Assembly: GCA_046758745.1 (NCBI GenBank)
Contig: JBHIAV010000012.1
Location: forward strand, 1-64,000
Source: Gemmatimonadota bacterium
Lineage (GTDB): Bacteria > Gemmatimonadota > Gemmatimonadetes > Palauibacterales > Palauibacteraceae
Direction: 5' to 3'
DNA length: 64,000 nt
Shown here: in pieces, positions 9,329 to 19,172 of the stretch
Layout of the letters: the number at the start of each line of letters is the position of its first letter
Numbering within the stretch: position 1 is the stretch's first letter
The notes under the pieces: generated by a model
Databases searched by the model: none
Told to the model about the DNA's origin: nothing
Seen by the model: the letters and a program-made list of their open reading frames with translations, nothing else
Program-made: the position numbers and the translations under genes

Positions 9329-10021
9329 TCACTCGATCCGGGCACTGCGAACGGCCTCGAGCCCTTCCAGAAGGCGGATCAGCTCGTCCTGCTTCTCGGG
9401 CTTTCCGGTTACCTGGTACGTCAGGGCGTTGACGGCCCCCTCGCGCACGAAAGCGACGCGCCGGACCCGATACTCCGTCCGCGACAGGACCTCTGACACC
9501 GGAGCGGCCTCCCGGGGGTCCGCCGCCACCACCACGCGGAGGGTGCTCCGCTCGGGCTCTTCGATCCAGCGCTCCAGTTTCCCCAGCACCACGAGGACGA
9601 TGAGCACGAGGAGGGTGGCGCCGATCGCCTCGACATAGGCGTGCAGTCCGACGGTGATGCCGATGGCGGCCACTACCCACAGCGTGGCGGCGGTGGTGAG
9701 GCCCACCACGTTCCCGCGCAGCACGATGATCGTCCCCGCTCCGATGAAGCCGATCCCCGATACGATCTGCGCCGTGATCCGGGCCGGATCGGCCGGGATG
9801 AGATCGCGTCCGCCGAAGTCCGCCGCGACGAGGAGCGACATCTCGGTGAGCAGCTCGGCGCCCACACAGATCAGGATGTTGGTGCGCAGCCCGGCGGGCT
9901 TCTCGGACAGCTCACGCTCGAGACCGATCCCGGCTCCGAGGAGGAGGGCGAGGGCGAGCCGACCGAGCGTGGGGAGCTCCAGCAGCTCGAGCCAGGCCGG
10001 GGCGGCGGGGAGCCAGTCCAT
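9329..10021 (-). CDS. MgtC/SapB family membrane protein
   Basis: IGLERE..KPAGLRTNIL, DPARITAQIVSGIGFIGAG, GLTTAATLW. Confidence 0.93.
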   Translation of the reverse strand: MDWLPAAPAWLELLELPTLGRLALALLLGAGIGLERELSEKPAGLRTNILICVGAELLTEMSLLVAADFGGRDLIPADPARITAQIVSGIGFIGAGTIIVLRGNVVGLTTAATLWVVAAIGITVGLHAYVEAIGATLLVLIVLVVLGKLERWIEEPERSTLRVVVAADPREAAPVSEVLSRTEYRVRRVAFVREGAVNALTYQVTGKPEKQDELIRLLEGLEAVRSARIE

Positions 10022-10030
10022 CTCCCGGGC

Positions 10031-11104
10031 CTACGTCCGGCGGTCGGAGGCCGCGGCGGCGGGCGCGCCCTTCGCGCTCCCCTCTCCCTCGCGGGACGCG
10101 GCCGTCTTCGGGCGGGCGCCAGCCGAGAGCCCCATCCGTTCGCGCACCTCACCGAGGGTCTGGCGCGCGATCCCGCGGCAGCGCTCCGCCCCTGTGGAGA
10201 GGATCTCGCGCACCCGATGGGGATTCTCCGTCAGCTCGCGGGCCTTCTCCCGGATCGGGGCGAGCTGTTCGGCCACGTGCGTCGCCAGACGCCTCTTGCA
10301 CTCCACGCAGCCGATGGTCGCGGTCTGGCAGCGGATCTCGATCTCGTCCCGCTCCTCCGGGCTCGTGAAGTGTCCGTGAAGCGCGTAGACGTTGCACACG
10401 TTCGGGTTCCCGGGATCGTCCATCCGCACCCTGGCCGGGTCCGTAACCGCCGTGCGGATCACCGCGTGGAGCTCCTCGGGGGAGGCGAGGAGCGGAATCG
10501 TATTCCCCTCCGACTTCGACATCTTGGAGGCGCCGTCCAGCCCGAGCACCCTTCGCCCCTCGCCGATCAGCGCCTCCGGCTCCGGGAAGTACTCGCCGAA
10601 GCGCGCGTTCCAGCGTCTTGCGATCTCGCGCGTCAGCTCCAGGTGCTGACGCTGGTCCTCGCCAACGGGCACGAAGTCGGCCCGGTAGAGGAGGATGTCG
10701 GCCGCCTGGAGAACCGGGTAGTTGAGGAGCCCGGCGCTCACCGTCTCCATGCGGTTCGCCTTCTCCTTGAACTGCGTCATGCGCTGGAGCTCACCGAGCG
10801 GCGTCACGGTGTTGAGCATCCACTGGAGCTCGGCGTGCTCCGGGACGTCGGATTGCACGAAGATCGTGCAGCGCTCCGGGTCGAGCCCGCTGGCGATCAG
10901 GCTCACCGCCATGTCGAGCACGCGCGTCTGGAGGTCCGCCGGCTCGTACGGGATCGTAATGGCGTGGAGATCTACGATGCAGTAGATGCAGTCGTACCGG
11001 TCGATCAGCGCGGCCCAACCCTGGATGGCGCCCAGGTAGTTGCCGAGGTGCGCCTCGCCCGACGGCTGGATTCCGCTGAATATCCTCTTCTTCGTGCCGG
11101 TCAT
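10031..11104 (-). CDS. trpS: Tryptophan--tRNA ligase
   Basis: FSGIQPSGEAHLGNYLG, YPVLQAADIL, VPVGEDQ, KMSKS. Confidence 0.98.
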   Translation of the reverse strand: MTGTKKRIFSGIQPSGEAHLGNYLGAIQGWAALIDRYDCIYCIVDLHAITIPYEPADLQTRVLDMAVSLIASGLDPERCTIFVQSDVPEHAELQWMLNTVTPLGELQRMTQFKEKANRMETVSAGLLNYPVLQAADILLYRADFVPVGEDQRQHLELTREIARRWNARFGEYFPEPEALIGEGRRVLGLDGASKMSKSEGNTIPLLASPEELHAVIRTAVTDPARVRMDDPGNPNVCNVYALHGHFTSPEERDEIEIRCQTATIGCVECKRRLATHVAEQLAPIREKARELTENPHRVREILSTGAERCRGIARQTLGEVRERMGLSAGARPKTAASREGEGSAKGAPAAAASDRRT

Positions 11105-11268
11105 GCAGGGGTGGGACGCGATGATCCGGTCAGCAGAGGCCCTCGGGGGAGCGGTGCCGGAGGCCCTGGCGAACGTGCGGCCAAGCTACTCCGCACGAAA
11201 AGGCCGAGCAAGAAAGGCGGGAGCGACGCGGGCGGCCTGAACAAGACCGTGATGGACACGCGGATGCC

Positions 11269-12228
11269 GTGAACGAGAGCTCGGTGGACGATCGAGAGCT
11301 GCTGGAGTCGGCGCGGGAGGCGGCCGGCGCCGGCGCCGAGGTGCACCGCGCCCTGGCGGACTTTCGCCAGTCGGAGTGGGGAGAGAAGGGCCGGGCCGAC
11401 TTCGTGACCGAGGTGGACCTGGAGGCCGAGCGCCGGATCATCCGGGTCCTGAGGGAACGCTTTCCGGACCACCAATTGCTCGCCGAGGAGGGGACGGATG
11501 GGGAGGATCTCCCCGCCGCGGGCTCGGCCGTCCGGAGGGCCGGCGGAGCCACCTCGAGCGCGGAGACGGCCCAGGCCGCGGGCGAGGGGAGCCGCGCGCC
11601 GATCCGCTGGATCATCGACCCGCTCGACGGCACGACCAACTGGCTGCACGGTTACCCCGAATACGCCGTGTCGGTGGCGGCGGAGGACGATGTGGGGCTC
11701 CGCGTGGCCGTGGTGCTCAACTCCGCTACCGGCGAGCTCTTCGAAGCGGCCCGCGGTAGCGGGAGCCGGCGGGACGGGGAGCGGATCCGTACCTCGGGCG
11801 TCGCCTCCCTCCGCCTCGCCCTGGTCGGCACGGGCTTCCCGTTCAAGAAGCTGGAGCTGCTTCCTCCCTATCTCGAGACCTTCGCCCGGGTGCTGCGGGA
11901 GACGAGCGGGATCCGGCGCGGAGGCGCCGCCGCCCTCGACCTGTGCGATCTCGCGTGCGGCCGGCTCGATGCCTTCTGGGAGTACTGGCTCATGCCGTGG
12001 GATGTGGCGGCGGGCGCGCTGATCGTTCGGGAGGCGGGGGGGATCTTCGAGCCGCTGGCTGCGCCCGAACCCGAGCCTCGGCGGGCGTCGTCGCGAGCCG
12101 GTTCCGGCGCGTCCGCCGCCAGGCCCCCGGGCCGAGGCTCCGGGGAGCTGCGGTCCGGAGGCTTCATCGCGGCCAACGCGCATCTGATGGACGCGTTCCG
12201 CGCTCTGGTCACCCGCGGCGAAGGGTGA
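11269..12228 (+). CDS. suhB: Inositol monophosphatase family protein (SuhB-like)
   Basis: DFVTEVD, WIIDPLDGTTN, WDVAAG; two low-complexity insertions. Confidence 0.88.
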   Translation: MNESSVDDRELLESAREAAGAGAEVHRALADFRQSEWGEKGRADFVTEVDLEAERRIIRVLRERFPDHQLLAEEGTDGEDLPAAGSAVRRAGGATSSAETAQAAGEGSRAPIRWIIDPLDGTTNWLHGYPEYAVSVAAEDDVGLRVAVVLNSATGELFEAARGSGSRRDGERIRTSGVASLRLALVGTGFPFKKLELLPPYLETFARVLRETSGIRRGGAAALDLCDLACGRLDAFWEYWLMPWDVAAGALIVREAGGIFEPLAAPEPEPRRASSRAGSGASAARPPGRGSGELRSGGFIAANAHLMDAFRALVTRGEG

Positions 12229-12245
12229 AGGCGGCCGAAGAGCCG

Positions 12246-13442
12246 TCACGCGCGCCCCACCACCAGCGCCGAGCATTTTCCGCCGAAGCTGGCAGCGAGG
12301 AGGAGGATCGCATCCGCATCGGACTCCCGCGACCTGGTGACCACCGTGCACGGCGGAAGATCCGGATCTACCCGCTCGGTCCCCAACGTTGCCGGAATAC
12401 ATCCGGCCCGGAGGGCGAGCACGGCAGCTACCGCTTCCACAGCGCCACTCGCTCCCAGACAGTGCCCGATGTACGGCTTCAGTCCGGTCAGGGGAATTCC
12501 CGGAAGATCGCAGCCGAAAAGGGCCGCCAGACCGCTGCACTCCGCGGCGTCGTTGTGCTGCGTGCCGGTGCCGTGGGTCTTTATCCACCCGATCCGGGCG
12601 AGCCCCGCACCGGACAGGGCCCGCCGCGCCGCCGCCGCGACGCCTGCGCCGTCGGGATGCGGAGCGACGATGTTGTGGGACTCGCACGAGAGCCCGTAGC
12701 CGCGGAGGACGGCGAGCGGGGAGACCCGTCGTTTCCTGGCATGCTCGGCCGCCTCGATCACTACGGCGCCGCCACCCTCACCCAGAACCGTGCCCGCCCG
12801 CTCGGCGTCGAAGGGACGGCAAGCAGGGCTGCGCCCGTCTCTCTCTGCCAGGATCCCGGCGGCCCGGAAATGCTCCACCACTTCGGGGTGGAGGGGACAC
12901 TCCGCTCCGCCCGCCATGACCACGTCAGCCCGGCCGGCCTCGATCCACAGGAACCCTTCCCCGATCGCGGTCGCGGCGGATGTGCTGCCGGCCGAGAGGT
13001 GGAACACGGGGCCCTCGAACCCGTGCGCCTGTGCGAAGGTCGCCCCTCCCGCCCCGCTCATGAAGCGGACCAGACGGGATGGCCGGACGGCGGGCCGCTC
13101 GCCGGAGGAGCGGGCGTGCGCGCGAAGAAGGTCGGCCATGGACCCCAGCGACGATCCCTCGATCACCGCGCACCGATCCGGCTGTAGGGGAGCGCCGTCC
13201 AGCCCCGCCTCGCTCCAGGCCTCTTGGGCGGCCGAGACGAACATCGCCGCGCTCCGGTCCAGCCGGCGGGTGAGCCGGCTGCGTGGCAGCTCGGGGACCG
13301 ACGCGGCGCTCAGCCCGTTCAGCTCCCGCTGCGGCTGGACCGCCGAGCGCTCCTCCAGCATGGCTTGGCGCAGGAGGCTCACGCCTCGGCCAGCAGCGGT
13401 CACGGCACCCATACCCGTGACCCACACCTCGCGGCCGTTCAT
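12246..13442 (-). CDS. Beta-ketoacyl-ACP synthase (FabF-like) homolog lacking the catalytic Cys
   Basis: VWVTGMGAV, CRPFDAERAGTVLGEG, HGTGT, GHCLGASG, SFGG; ATGA overlap with the upstream gene. Confidence 0.88.
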   Translation of the reverse strand: MNGREVWVTGMGAVTAAGRGVSLLRQAMLEERSAVQPQRELNGLSAASVPELPRSRLTRRLDRSAAMFVSAAQEAWSEAGLDGAPLQPDRCAVIEGSSLGSMADLLRAHARSSGERPAVRPSRLVRFMSGAGGATFAQAHGFEGPVFHLSAGSTSAATAIGEGFLWIEAGRADVVMAGGAECPLHPEVVEHFRAAGILAERDGRSPACRPFDAERAGTVLGEGGGAVVIEAAEHARKRRVSPLAVLRGYGLSCESHNIVAPHPDGAGVAAAARRALSGAGLARIGWIKTHGTGTQHNDAAECSGLAALFGCDLPGIPLTGLKPYIGHCLGASGAVEAVAAVLALRAGCIPATLGTERVDPDLPPCTVVTRSRESDADAILLLAASFGGKCSALVVGRA

Positions 13443-14989
13443 CGATCCGCCCGCGCCATCGCCGCCAGGGCGGCGTTCATCCGAGCCACCGACAGTCGTG
13501 CCACAGCGCCCGGCTCGCTCTCGATCCGCTCCAGGGCCCACAGGTCCGGCTCGCCGACCCCAGGCGTGTGGATCCGGTACCACCCGGTGGAGCGGAGCAC
13601 GTAGCTGCGCCCGAGCCCCTGTTGCACCGGAGGGACCCGGAAGGTGAGGTCGGCGAAGTCGCCGCGCTCCATCACGTACTCCTTTCCATCGATCCCGCTG
13701 AGGAGACGGCGCACATCTCGTCCCGCCCGATCCACCGCGCCCTCCGGCTCGAGCTCGTACACAGTGAACGGGCGCGGCGGCGCGTAGTCGATCCTCACCC
13801 TGTCAACGAGCCAGAAGGAAGGGATCGACTCGAGACGGACCCGCACCCGATCGCCGGAAACGTCGGAGAGATCGAGCGCCAGCACCTGGCGCTTCACGAT
13901 CTCAGGACCGGCCTCCCAGATGAGGCCCTGCGGCTGCCAGCCGTCCGCGGTCTCGAGCGACACGCTCAGAAAGGCCTCGGCGGCGAGCTTTCGCCCCAGC
14001 CGCCGCGCGCGGGCGGGATCCGCGTTGAGGGCCTCGTGCCACGCATCGATCTCGCGCCCGTGCAGCCGGTGGTACTGCTGCATCAGAAAGGCGGCCCACG
14101 GCGTGTTGTTGGCGTCCACGATGAGACGCGCGGTTCGCGCGCCGGGCTCACGGGGGAAGGTGAGCAACAGGCCATCGCGTAGGTCGGCGGCAACGGCCGT
14201 GTCACGGCCGGACGGGGAGGACTCCCAGCTCCAGCCGTCGGCCTCCAGCACGCGGGCCAGGGCGTCGCGGCCCCGATCGTCTACCGCCTCAAGCGGCGGG
14301 GCGGCCGTTCCGACAGAATGGAGGACCCCCAGGCCGTCCGGGACGACCGTCACTCCCGGCTCGTGGTCCACCGCGAGGACGGAGATCGCGTCCACGTACT
14401 CGGTCTCGGGCAGCTCGGCGGCGAGCCGCAGGCGGAGCAACCCGTTCTCCGCCCGCGCGAAGTCGAGGTTGTCCACGTCCGTGCGGGCGAGTGATCGGAC
14501 GACGGCGCCGCCGAAAGTGCCAGAATCGAGCCGCCACTCGGCCCCGTCCCAGCTGTAAACGAGAGGGCAGGAGACCAGCTCACCCGTGCCGCCGCCGACG
14601 GGGCGGGGGGCAGGCTCAGGGTCGCTGGCCGAAGCCGCCCCGATGATGGCCGCCAGGGTGAGCCCGGCGCCCACGACGAGGAGGGTCGTGCGCACGCCGT
14701 CGGGCTTCCGCGCTTCGATCCTCTTCACATCCTCGACAGGAATCGCCACGCGCTGTTTCGATCTGCCCGTGAGTCCCACCAGACTGTCGCCTTCGATCGC
14801 CGGCGACTCGAGGACGAGGACATAGCCATTCGACCGCGTCACGCGAATCTTCTTCGGCTCCTCTTCCGCGAGCGCCTGGGCGACCGGCACCTTCACGGTG
14901 CTCCATTTCATGCAGCCCGACAGCACGGCCATGATCGTCAGGGGAGCGACCGCGACGCGGAAGAAAGCGGACTTCCTGAGCACCACCAT
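13439..14989 (-). CDS. Putative lipoprotein with an SCPxxYxWDG-type domain (as in ASPIC/UnbV/CRTAC1-like C-termini)
   Basis: Lipobox LSGC, internal hydrophobic helix, SCPLVYSWDG; GGAGGT RBS. Confidence 0.7.
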   Translation of the reverse strand: MVVLRKSAFFRVAVAPLTIMAVLSGCMKWSTVKVPVAQALAEEEPKKIRVTRSNGYVLVLESPAIEGDSLVGLTGRSKQRVAIPVEDVKRIEARKPDGVRTTLLVVGAGLTLAAIIGAASASDPEPAPRPVGGGTGELVSCPLVYSWDGAEWRLDSGTFGGAVVRSLARTDVDNLDFARAENGLLRLRLAAELPETEYVDAISVLAVDHEPGVTVVPDGLGVLHSVGTAAPPLEAVDDRGRDALARVLEADGWSWESSPSGRDTAVAADLRDGLLLTFPREPGARTARLIVDANNTPWAAFLMQQYHRLHGREIDAWHEALNADPARARRLGRKLAAEAFLSVSLETADGWQPQGLIWEAGPEIVKRQVLALDLSDVSGDRVRVRLESIPSFWLVDRVRIDYAPPRPFTVYELEPEGAVDRAGRDVRRLLSGIDGKEYVMERGDFADLTFRVPPVQQGLGRSYVLRSTGWYRIHTPGVGEPDLWALERIESEPGAVARLSVARMNAALAAMARADR

Positions 14990-15199
14990 GCATACCTCCT
15001 CGGAGGACCCGTGGATGGCCCTCCAGCGTAGGGTTCGCACGGTAATGCTGGCCGCGCAGCGTCAAGCGCGAGTCAAGCGTCTGTAGGAAGGCAAGCCGCG
15101 ACCGATGCGGCGGTCGATCCGGTGGGGCGGCTGATCCGGTGCGGCGCCTGCAGGGACTCTGGGTGGAAGCGGAGCTGCGGAGGGTAGGCGGCGGTTCGT

Positions 15200-16279
15200 C
15201 TACGCGCGCGCCCTCATCCCCGCCTCCTGCAGCACGGCGTCCGCCAGCACGCCGGCCCCGAAGCGCACCGGATCGGTGGCCGGGAGCCCGGTGGCCTCCG
15301 CCGCCCGACCCACCGCTCGCCGCGCCTCCTCCTCGGGGAGGTCGTACGTGTTCGCGGCGACGCCGATCACCGGGCATGGGCCGGGGGGGCACGCCCAACG
15401 CATCGCTTCCTCGTAGAGACGCACGACCGCGTCGAGGGACGGGATCTCCACCCAATCGTAGTCCCCTCCGTAGATGTTCGGCCGGCCGGGCATCCAGCAG
15501 AGCACCATCGCCTGCGGCATCGAGCCGTGCATGAGGCCGAGCATCACGCCGGAGTAGCCCGGGTGGAGCAGCGACCCCTGCCCTTCCACCAGCACGACGT
15601 CCGCCCCCTCGGCCGCATCCAGCGTGAGTCGTTCCGCGGCCCCGGCCACGAAGTCCGACACGACGGCGTCGACCGCGATTCCCGCCCCGTCGATGAGGAT
15701 CCCGGTCTGCCCGGTGCCTGCGAAGCGCGCCCGCACCCCTCTGGCCAGCAGCTCGCGCCGCATCTCGAGACAGGCCGTCATCTTCCCGACGTTGCAGTCG
15801 GTGCCTACCGTAAGGACGCGGAACGCGCCGGTGCCCCGCGCCTTCCCCGTCCCGACCGGCAGATTGCGCGGCGGCCGGCGGAGGTCCCGGAGCTCGACTC
15901 CCTCCCTGTGCGCCCGCCCGCGCAGCTCCGGGTCGTCCTCCAGGAAGGTGTGCAGGCCGCTCCACACGTGAAGACCGGCGTCGATCGCCGCGTTCAGGAG
16001 GGCGCGCCACTCGGGCGGAAGCGCCCCTCCCTGCGGCGCGATTCCGATCAGCAGGGCGTCGGCGCGCCGACCCGGGAGATCGAGCGCCTGCTCCAGGGTC
16101 GCCACGACGGGGATCTCGCCGCCGAAGCCGAGCACCTCCCGCACCGTCTTCCCGGCCAGGGTGGAGTCCAGCACGGCGACGATGCGCTCCGGAAGATAGC
16201 GGATCGCCCCCGCCGCCGTCTTCGCCGTTTCGTTCCCGAAGGCGCCTTCCGCCAGGATGATGAAGCTCGGCTGCGACAT
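15200..16279 (-). CDS. DUF1611 family protein (DgcN-like)
   Basis: AKTAAGAIRY, GIAPQGG, SGLH, VGTDCNVGKMT, TGQTG, EGQGSLLHPGY. Confidence 0.9.
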   Translation of the reverse strand: MSQPSFIILAEGAFGNETAKTAAGAIRYLPERIVAVLDSTLAGKTVREVLGFGGEIPVVATLEQALDLPGRRADALLIGIAPQGGALPPEWRALLNAAIDAGLHVWSGLHTFLEDDPELRGRAHREGVELRDLRRPPRNLPVGTGKARGTGAFRVLTVGTDCNVGKMTACLEMRRELLARGVRARFAGTGQTGILIDGAGIAVDAVVSDFVAGAAERLTLDAAEGADVVLVEGQGSLLHPGYSGVMLGLMHGSMPQAMVLCWMPGRPNIYGGDYDWVEIPSLDAVVRLYEEAMRWACPPGPCPVIGVAANTYDLPEEEARRAVGRAAEATGLPATDPVRFGAGVLADAVLQEAGMRARA

Positions 16280-16454
16280 GGTCCGATCAGGATCTTCGGG
16301 CGGAGGATCAGCCCCGCTCGGGCTCGGCGCCCCGGTGCTCCGTGGGCCTCCGTGGCCAGCTCGGCAGGAGTCGGCTGAAGGAGGAGGTCACCGGCTCTTC
16401 GTCGGAACGTGTCGGGCGCGCGACGCGTCGCATCGCGGACGCGACGTGCGGCCC

Positions 16455-17627
16455 CTACCCGACCCGCTGCTCGAGCAGCTCGGGCACCGAGGCCTCCGCG
16501 ACGACCGGGCTCAGCAGGAGGTCGCGATCCGTCGGAACTCGGATCACCACCGGATCGTCGCTCACGATCGGGTGGTACCTGCCCGCCTCGACCATCCGCT
16601 CGATGTACAGGCGGCGCACCAGCACGCGTAGCACGGCGAGGATCGGCACGGCCACGATCAGCCCGATCGGCCCGAGGAGCTTGAGGGCCACCAGCAAGGA
16701 GAGAAGCGTCCACACGGGCGGCAGCTCGATCTGGCGCTCGAAGATCTTCGGCGCGACGACGTTCGCCTCGATCAGATGGACCACCACGCCCACTCCGGCC
16801 ACGGCGAGCGCGTACAGAACGCCATCCGACGGCAGTACGTACAGCGCGGGGAGCAGCGTCGAGACGAGCGTCCCGAAGAAGGGAACGATCGCCACCACGC
16901 CGGCGAACACACCGAATGTGAGCGCGAACGGCACACGCAGCAGCACGAGCCCGAGCCAGGTGAGGAACCCCAGCACGATCATCGCCAGGATCTGGCCTCC
17001 GATCCATGCCCGCAGGGTGGTGCCCACCTCGTGCAGGACGTCGATCGCGAGGTCGCGGTGCCTCCGCGGCACGAGCTGGATGAACTCGGCCCGGTATCCC
17101 GCCGGCTTCGATGTGAGATAGATGCTCATGGCGAGCACGCTCACCGCGTGCACGAGGAACCAGATGCCGCTGAACAGATACGGGAAGACGTCGGTGAAGT
17201 ACTGGCCGATCTCGCGAAAGAGGGTCCCGAAGTAGCTCTGCCCCTCCTGGAGGGGCCCGACCATGTCCCGCAGGAGGGGATACTGCTCCAGGAGGACGAC
17301 GAACGACTGCTCCCACCGCATGAGCTGCTGAGGGAGAGCCACGAAGAGCGCGGCCGCCTGGCCGGTGAGCCGCGGGACGAGCAGCACCCCCACGCCACCG
17401 AAGCCCAGCAGGCTGACGATCACGCTGGCGAGGATGCCGAGCGGCCGAGGCGTGTGAAGGCGCTGCTCGAACCAGTCGGTGAGGGCGGTCAGGTAGATCG
17501 AGATCAGGATGGCGAGGAAGAGAAGGAGCAGGAGCTCCGACACGTAGTAGACGAAGAGGAGAATCACCACGAGCACGACCGCCGTGATCAGCACTCGCAC
17601 TCCACCCCGCCCCGTCAGTTCGGCCAC
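16455..17627 (-). CDS. AI-2E family transporter
   Basis: Multiple TM segments, LRAWIGGQ, IVPFFG, IEANVVAPKI, GPIGLIVAVP. Confidence 0.9.
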   Translation of the reverse strand: MAELTGRGGVRVLITAVVLVVILLFVYYVSELLLLLFLAILISIYLTALTDWFEQRLHTPRPLGILASVIVSLLGFGGVGVLLVPRLTGQAAALFVALPQQLMRWEQSFVVLLEQYPLLRDMVGPLQEGQSYFGTLFREIGQYFTDVFPYLFSGIWFLVHAVSVLAMSIYLTSKPAGYRAEFIQLVPRRHRDLAIDVLHEVGTTLRAWIGGQILAMIVLGFLTWLGLVLLRVPFALTFGVFAGVVAIVPFFGTLVSTLLPALYVLPSDGVLYALAVAGVGVVVHLIEANVVAPKIFERQIELPPVWTLLSLLVALKLLGPIGLIVAVPILAVLRVLVRRLYIERMVEAGRYHPIVSDDPVVIRVPTDRDLLLSPVVAEASVPELLEQRVG

Positions 17628-17687
17628 CTTCCCTCTCGACCGAAGTGGCTATGCGGCCCCGAGCTCCCTACCGGACTCCCCACACCC

Positions 17688-18512
17688 CTACTCGCGTTCG
17701 CGAGCCTCGACCTCTTCCTCTTCCTCTGATTCCTCTTCCTCGACGACGTGCGCCTCTTGGATCTCCTCGTCGCCGGCACTCTCGGCGTCACCGGCGGCGA
17801 GCGCCTTCGGCTCCTCGCCCTCGCCGGCCGCGAGCAGCCCCATCTCCCGCTTCAGGGCGAGCAACCTGTCCTCCACGTCCGCCTCCCCGCCGCCGGCTTC
17901 CAGGAGCTCGAAGTCGCGCTCCAGCTCGTCCCCCTCCAGCTCCTCCGTGACTTCGGCCGCGGCCAGCGCCTTGCGCTCGGTCTCCTCGATCTTCTCGACC
18001 ATCTGATCGAAGGCGCGAAACGCGCTCTGGTCCTCGATCCCGGCCAGAGTGTCGTGGATCCGCCGCTGCGCCTGGGCGCGCTTCTGCTTCGCGATGAGGA
18101 GGTTCTTCTTCCGCTTGGCCTCCTCGATCTTCGCGTTGAGCTGGCGCAGGGACTCCTTGAGACGATCCGTCTCCTCACGGTGCCGCAGCCACTGCTCCTC
18201 CATCTCGGCCGCGTTGTTGGCGTGCTCCTGCCCGCGGAACAGCGCCTGCTTGGCCAGCTCGTCCCGTCCCTCGCGGACGGCGAGGCGCGCCCGGCGCTCC
18301 CACGCCTGAGCCTGCTTCCGCTCCTGCTCGAACTGTGCGCGCAGCTTCCGCTCGTCCGCAATGGCGACAGCGACCTCCTGCTTCGCCTGCGCCAGCTGCT
18401 TGCGCATGTCCTCGATGACCTGGACGAGCATCTTCTCCGGGTTCTCCGCCCGGGCGATGAGGTCATTGATGTTCGACCGAATCAAGCGGGAAAGTCGCTC
18501 GAAGATACCCAT
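17688..18512 (-). CDS. pspA: PspA/IM30 family protein (bacterial ESCRT-III-like)
   Basis: MGIFERLSRLIRSNINDLI..ENPEKML amphipathic N-terminus and long coiled coil. Confidence 0.93.
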   Translation of the reverse strand: MGIFERLSRLIRSNINDLIARAENPEKMLVQVIEDMRKQLAQAKQEVAVAIADERKLRAQFEQERKQAQAWERRARLAVREGRDELAKQALFRGQEHANNAAEMEEQWLRHREETDRLKESLRQLNAKIEEAKRKKNLLIAKQKRAQAQRRIHDTLAGIEDQSAFRAFDQMVEKIEETERKALAAAEVTEELEGDELERDFELLEAGGGEADVEDRLLALKREMGLLAAGEGEEPKALAAGDAESAGDEEIQEAHVVEEEESEEEEEVEARERE

Positions 18513-18519
18513 GGCAGAG

Positions 18520-18906
18520 TCAGTCCGTTACGAGTTCGTATCTGTGCTCGGTTACGGCCAGCGTCAGGCTCTCCAGGGAAGCCCGGAACTCAGAGAAGTC
18601 GAGGTTCTCCAGCTGCAGCGTGTCGGTGAGGACGATCTCGCCGTCCTCCAGTCCGTACGCCCCATGCAGGAGGTCGCTCGCGTTGAGCTCCAGCAGGCGC
18701 TGGAAGAGCCTGAGACGGGCTTCCTCGTCCTCCGGGGCGAGCCGTATCCGAGAACGGAGAACCACCAGGGGCGGCGAATAGCTGACCACGACGCCGGGCT
18801 CCTCTGTGCCTCCCGCCGGACGCACGAGCCAGATCGCGTCGCCGATCTCTTCATGCTCCAGGTCGGTGCGAATCAGGAAGCTCTCGATATCCTCGCGACT
18901 GATCAT
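18520..18906 (-). CDS. YbjN/CesT-like chaperone-fold protein
   Basis: 128 aa, LFQRLLELNASDLLHGAYGL..LENLDFSEF; ATG at 18906 overlaps the upstream stop. Confidence 0.7.
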   Translation of the reverse strand: MISREDIESFLIRTDLEHEEIGDAIWLVRPAGGTEEPGVVVSYSPPLVVLRSRIRLAPEDEEARLRLFQRLLELNASDLLHGAYGLEDGEIVLTDTLQLENLDFSEFRASLESLTLAVTEHRYELVTD

Positions 18907-19172
18907 CGGTCTGTTTCCTCTGTGTTGGCGATCGCTCGGCTCGCCGGCCGCTCCTCCAGCAGGCGAGTCAGAAACTCGTTGTCCTCCCTGAGCTTGTCCA
19001 CCCGGCCGGCCAGGATCTGCACCTGTTCCCGGAGCTCCCGGTATTCCTCCGGCGTGCACGGCGCGGGAGGAAGCGCCTTTCGCTCCGCCGAACTCTCCAG
19101 GTACCGCACCACCGCTCTCCCGAGGGGGAGCAAGAACAGGAACAACAGCAACCACAGGAACGCGCTGGACAT
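18903..19172 (-). CDS. Small membrane-anchored coiled-coil protein (PspB-like architecture)
   Basis: N-terminal TM (FLWLLLFLFLLPL), then LAGRVDKLREDNEFLTRLL; ATGA coupling to the next gene. Confidence 0.65.
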   Translation of the reverse strand: MSSAFLWLLLFLFLLPLGRAVVRYLESSAERKALPPAPCTPEEYRELREQVQILAGRVDKLREDNEFLTRLLEERPASRAIANTEETDR

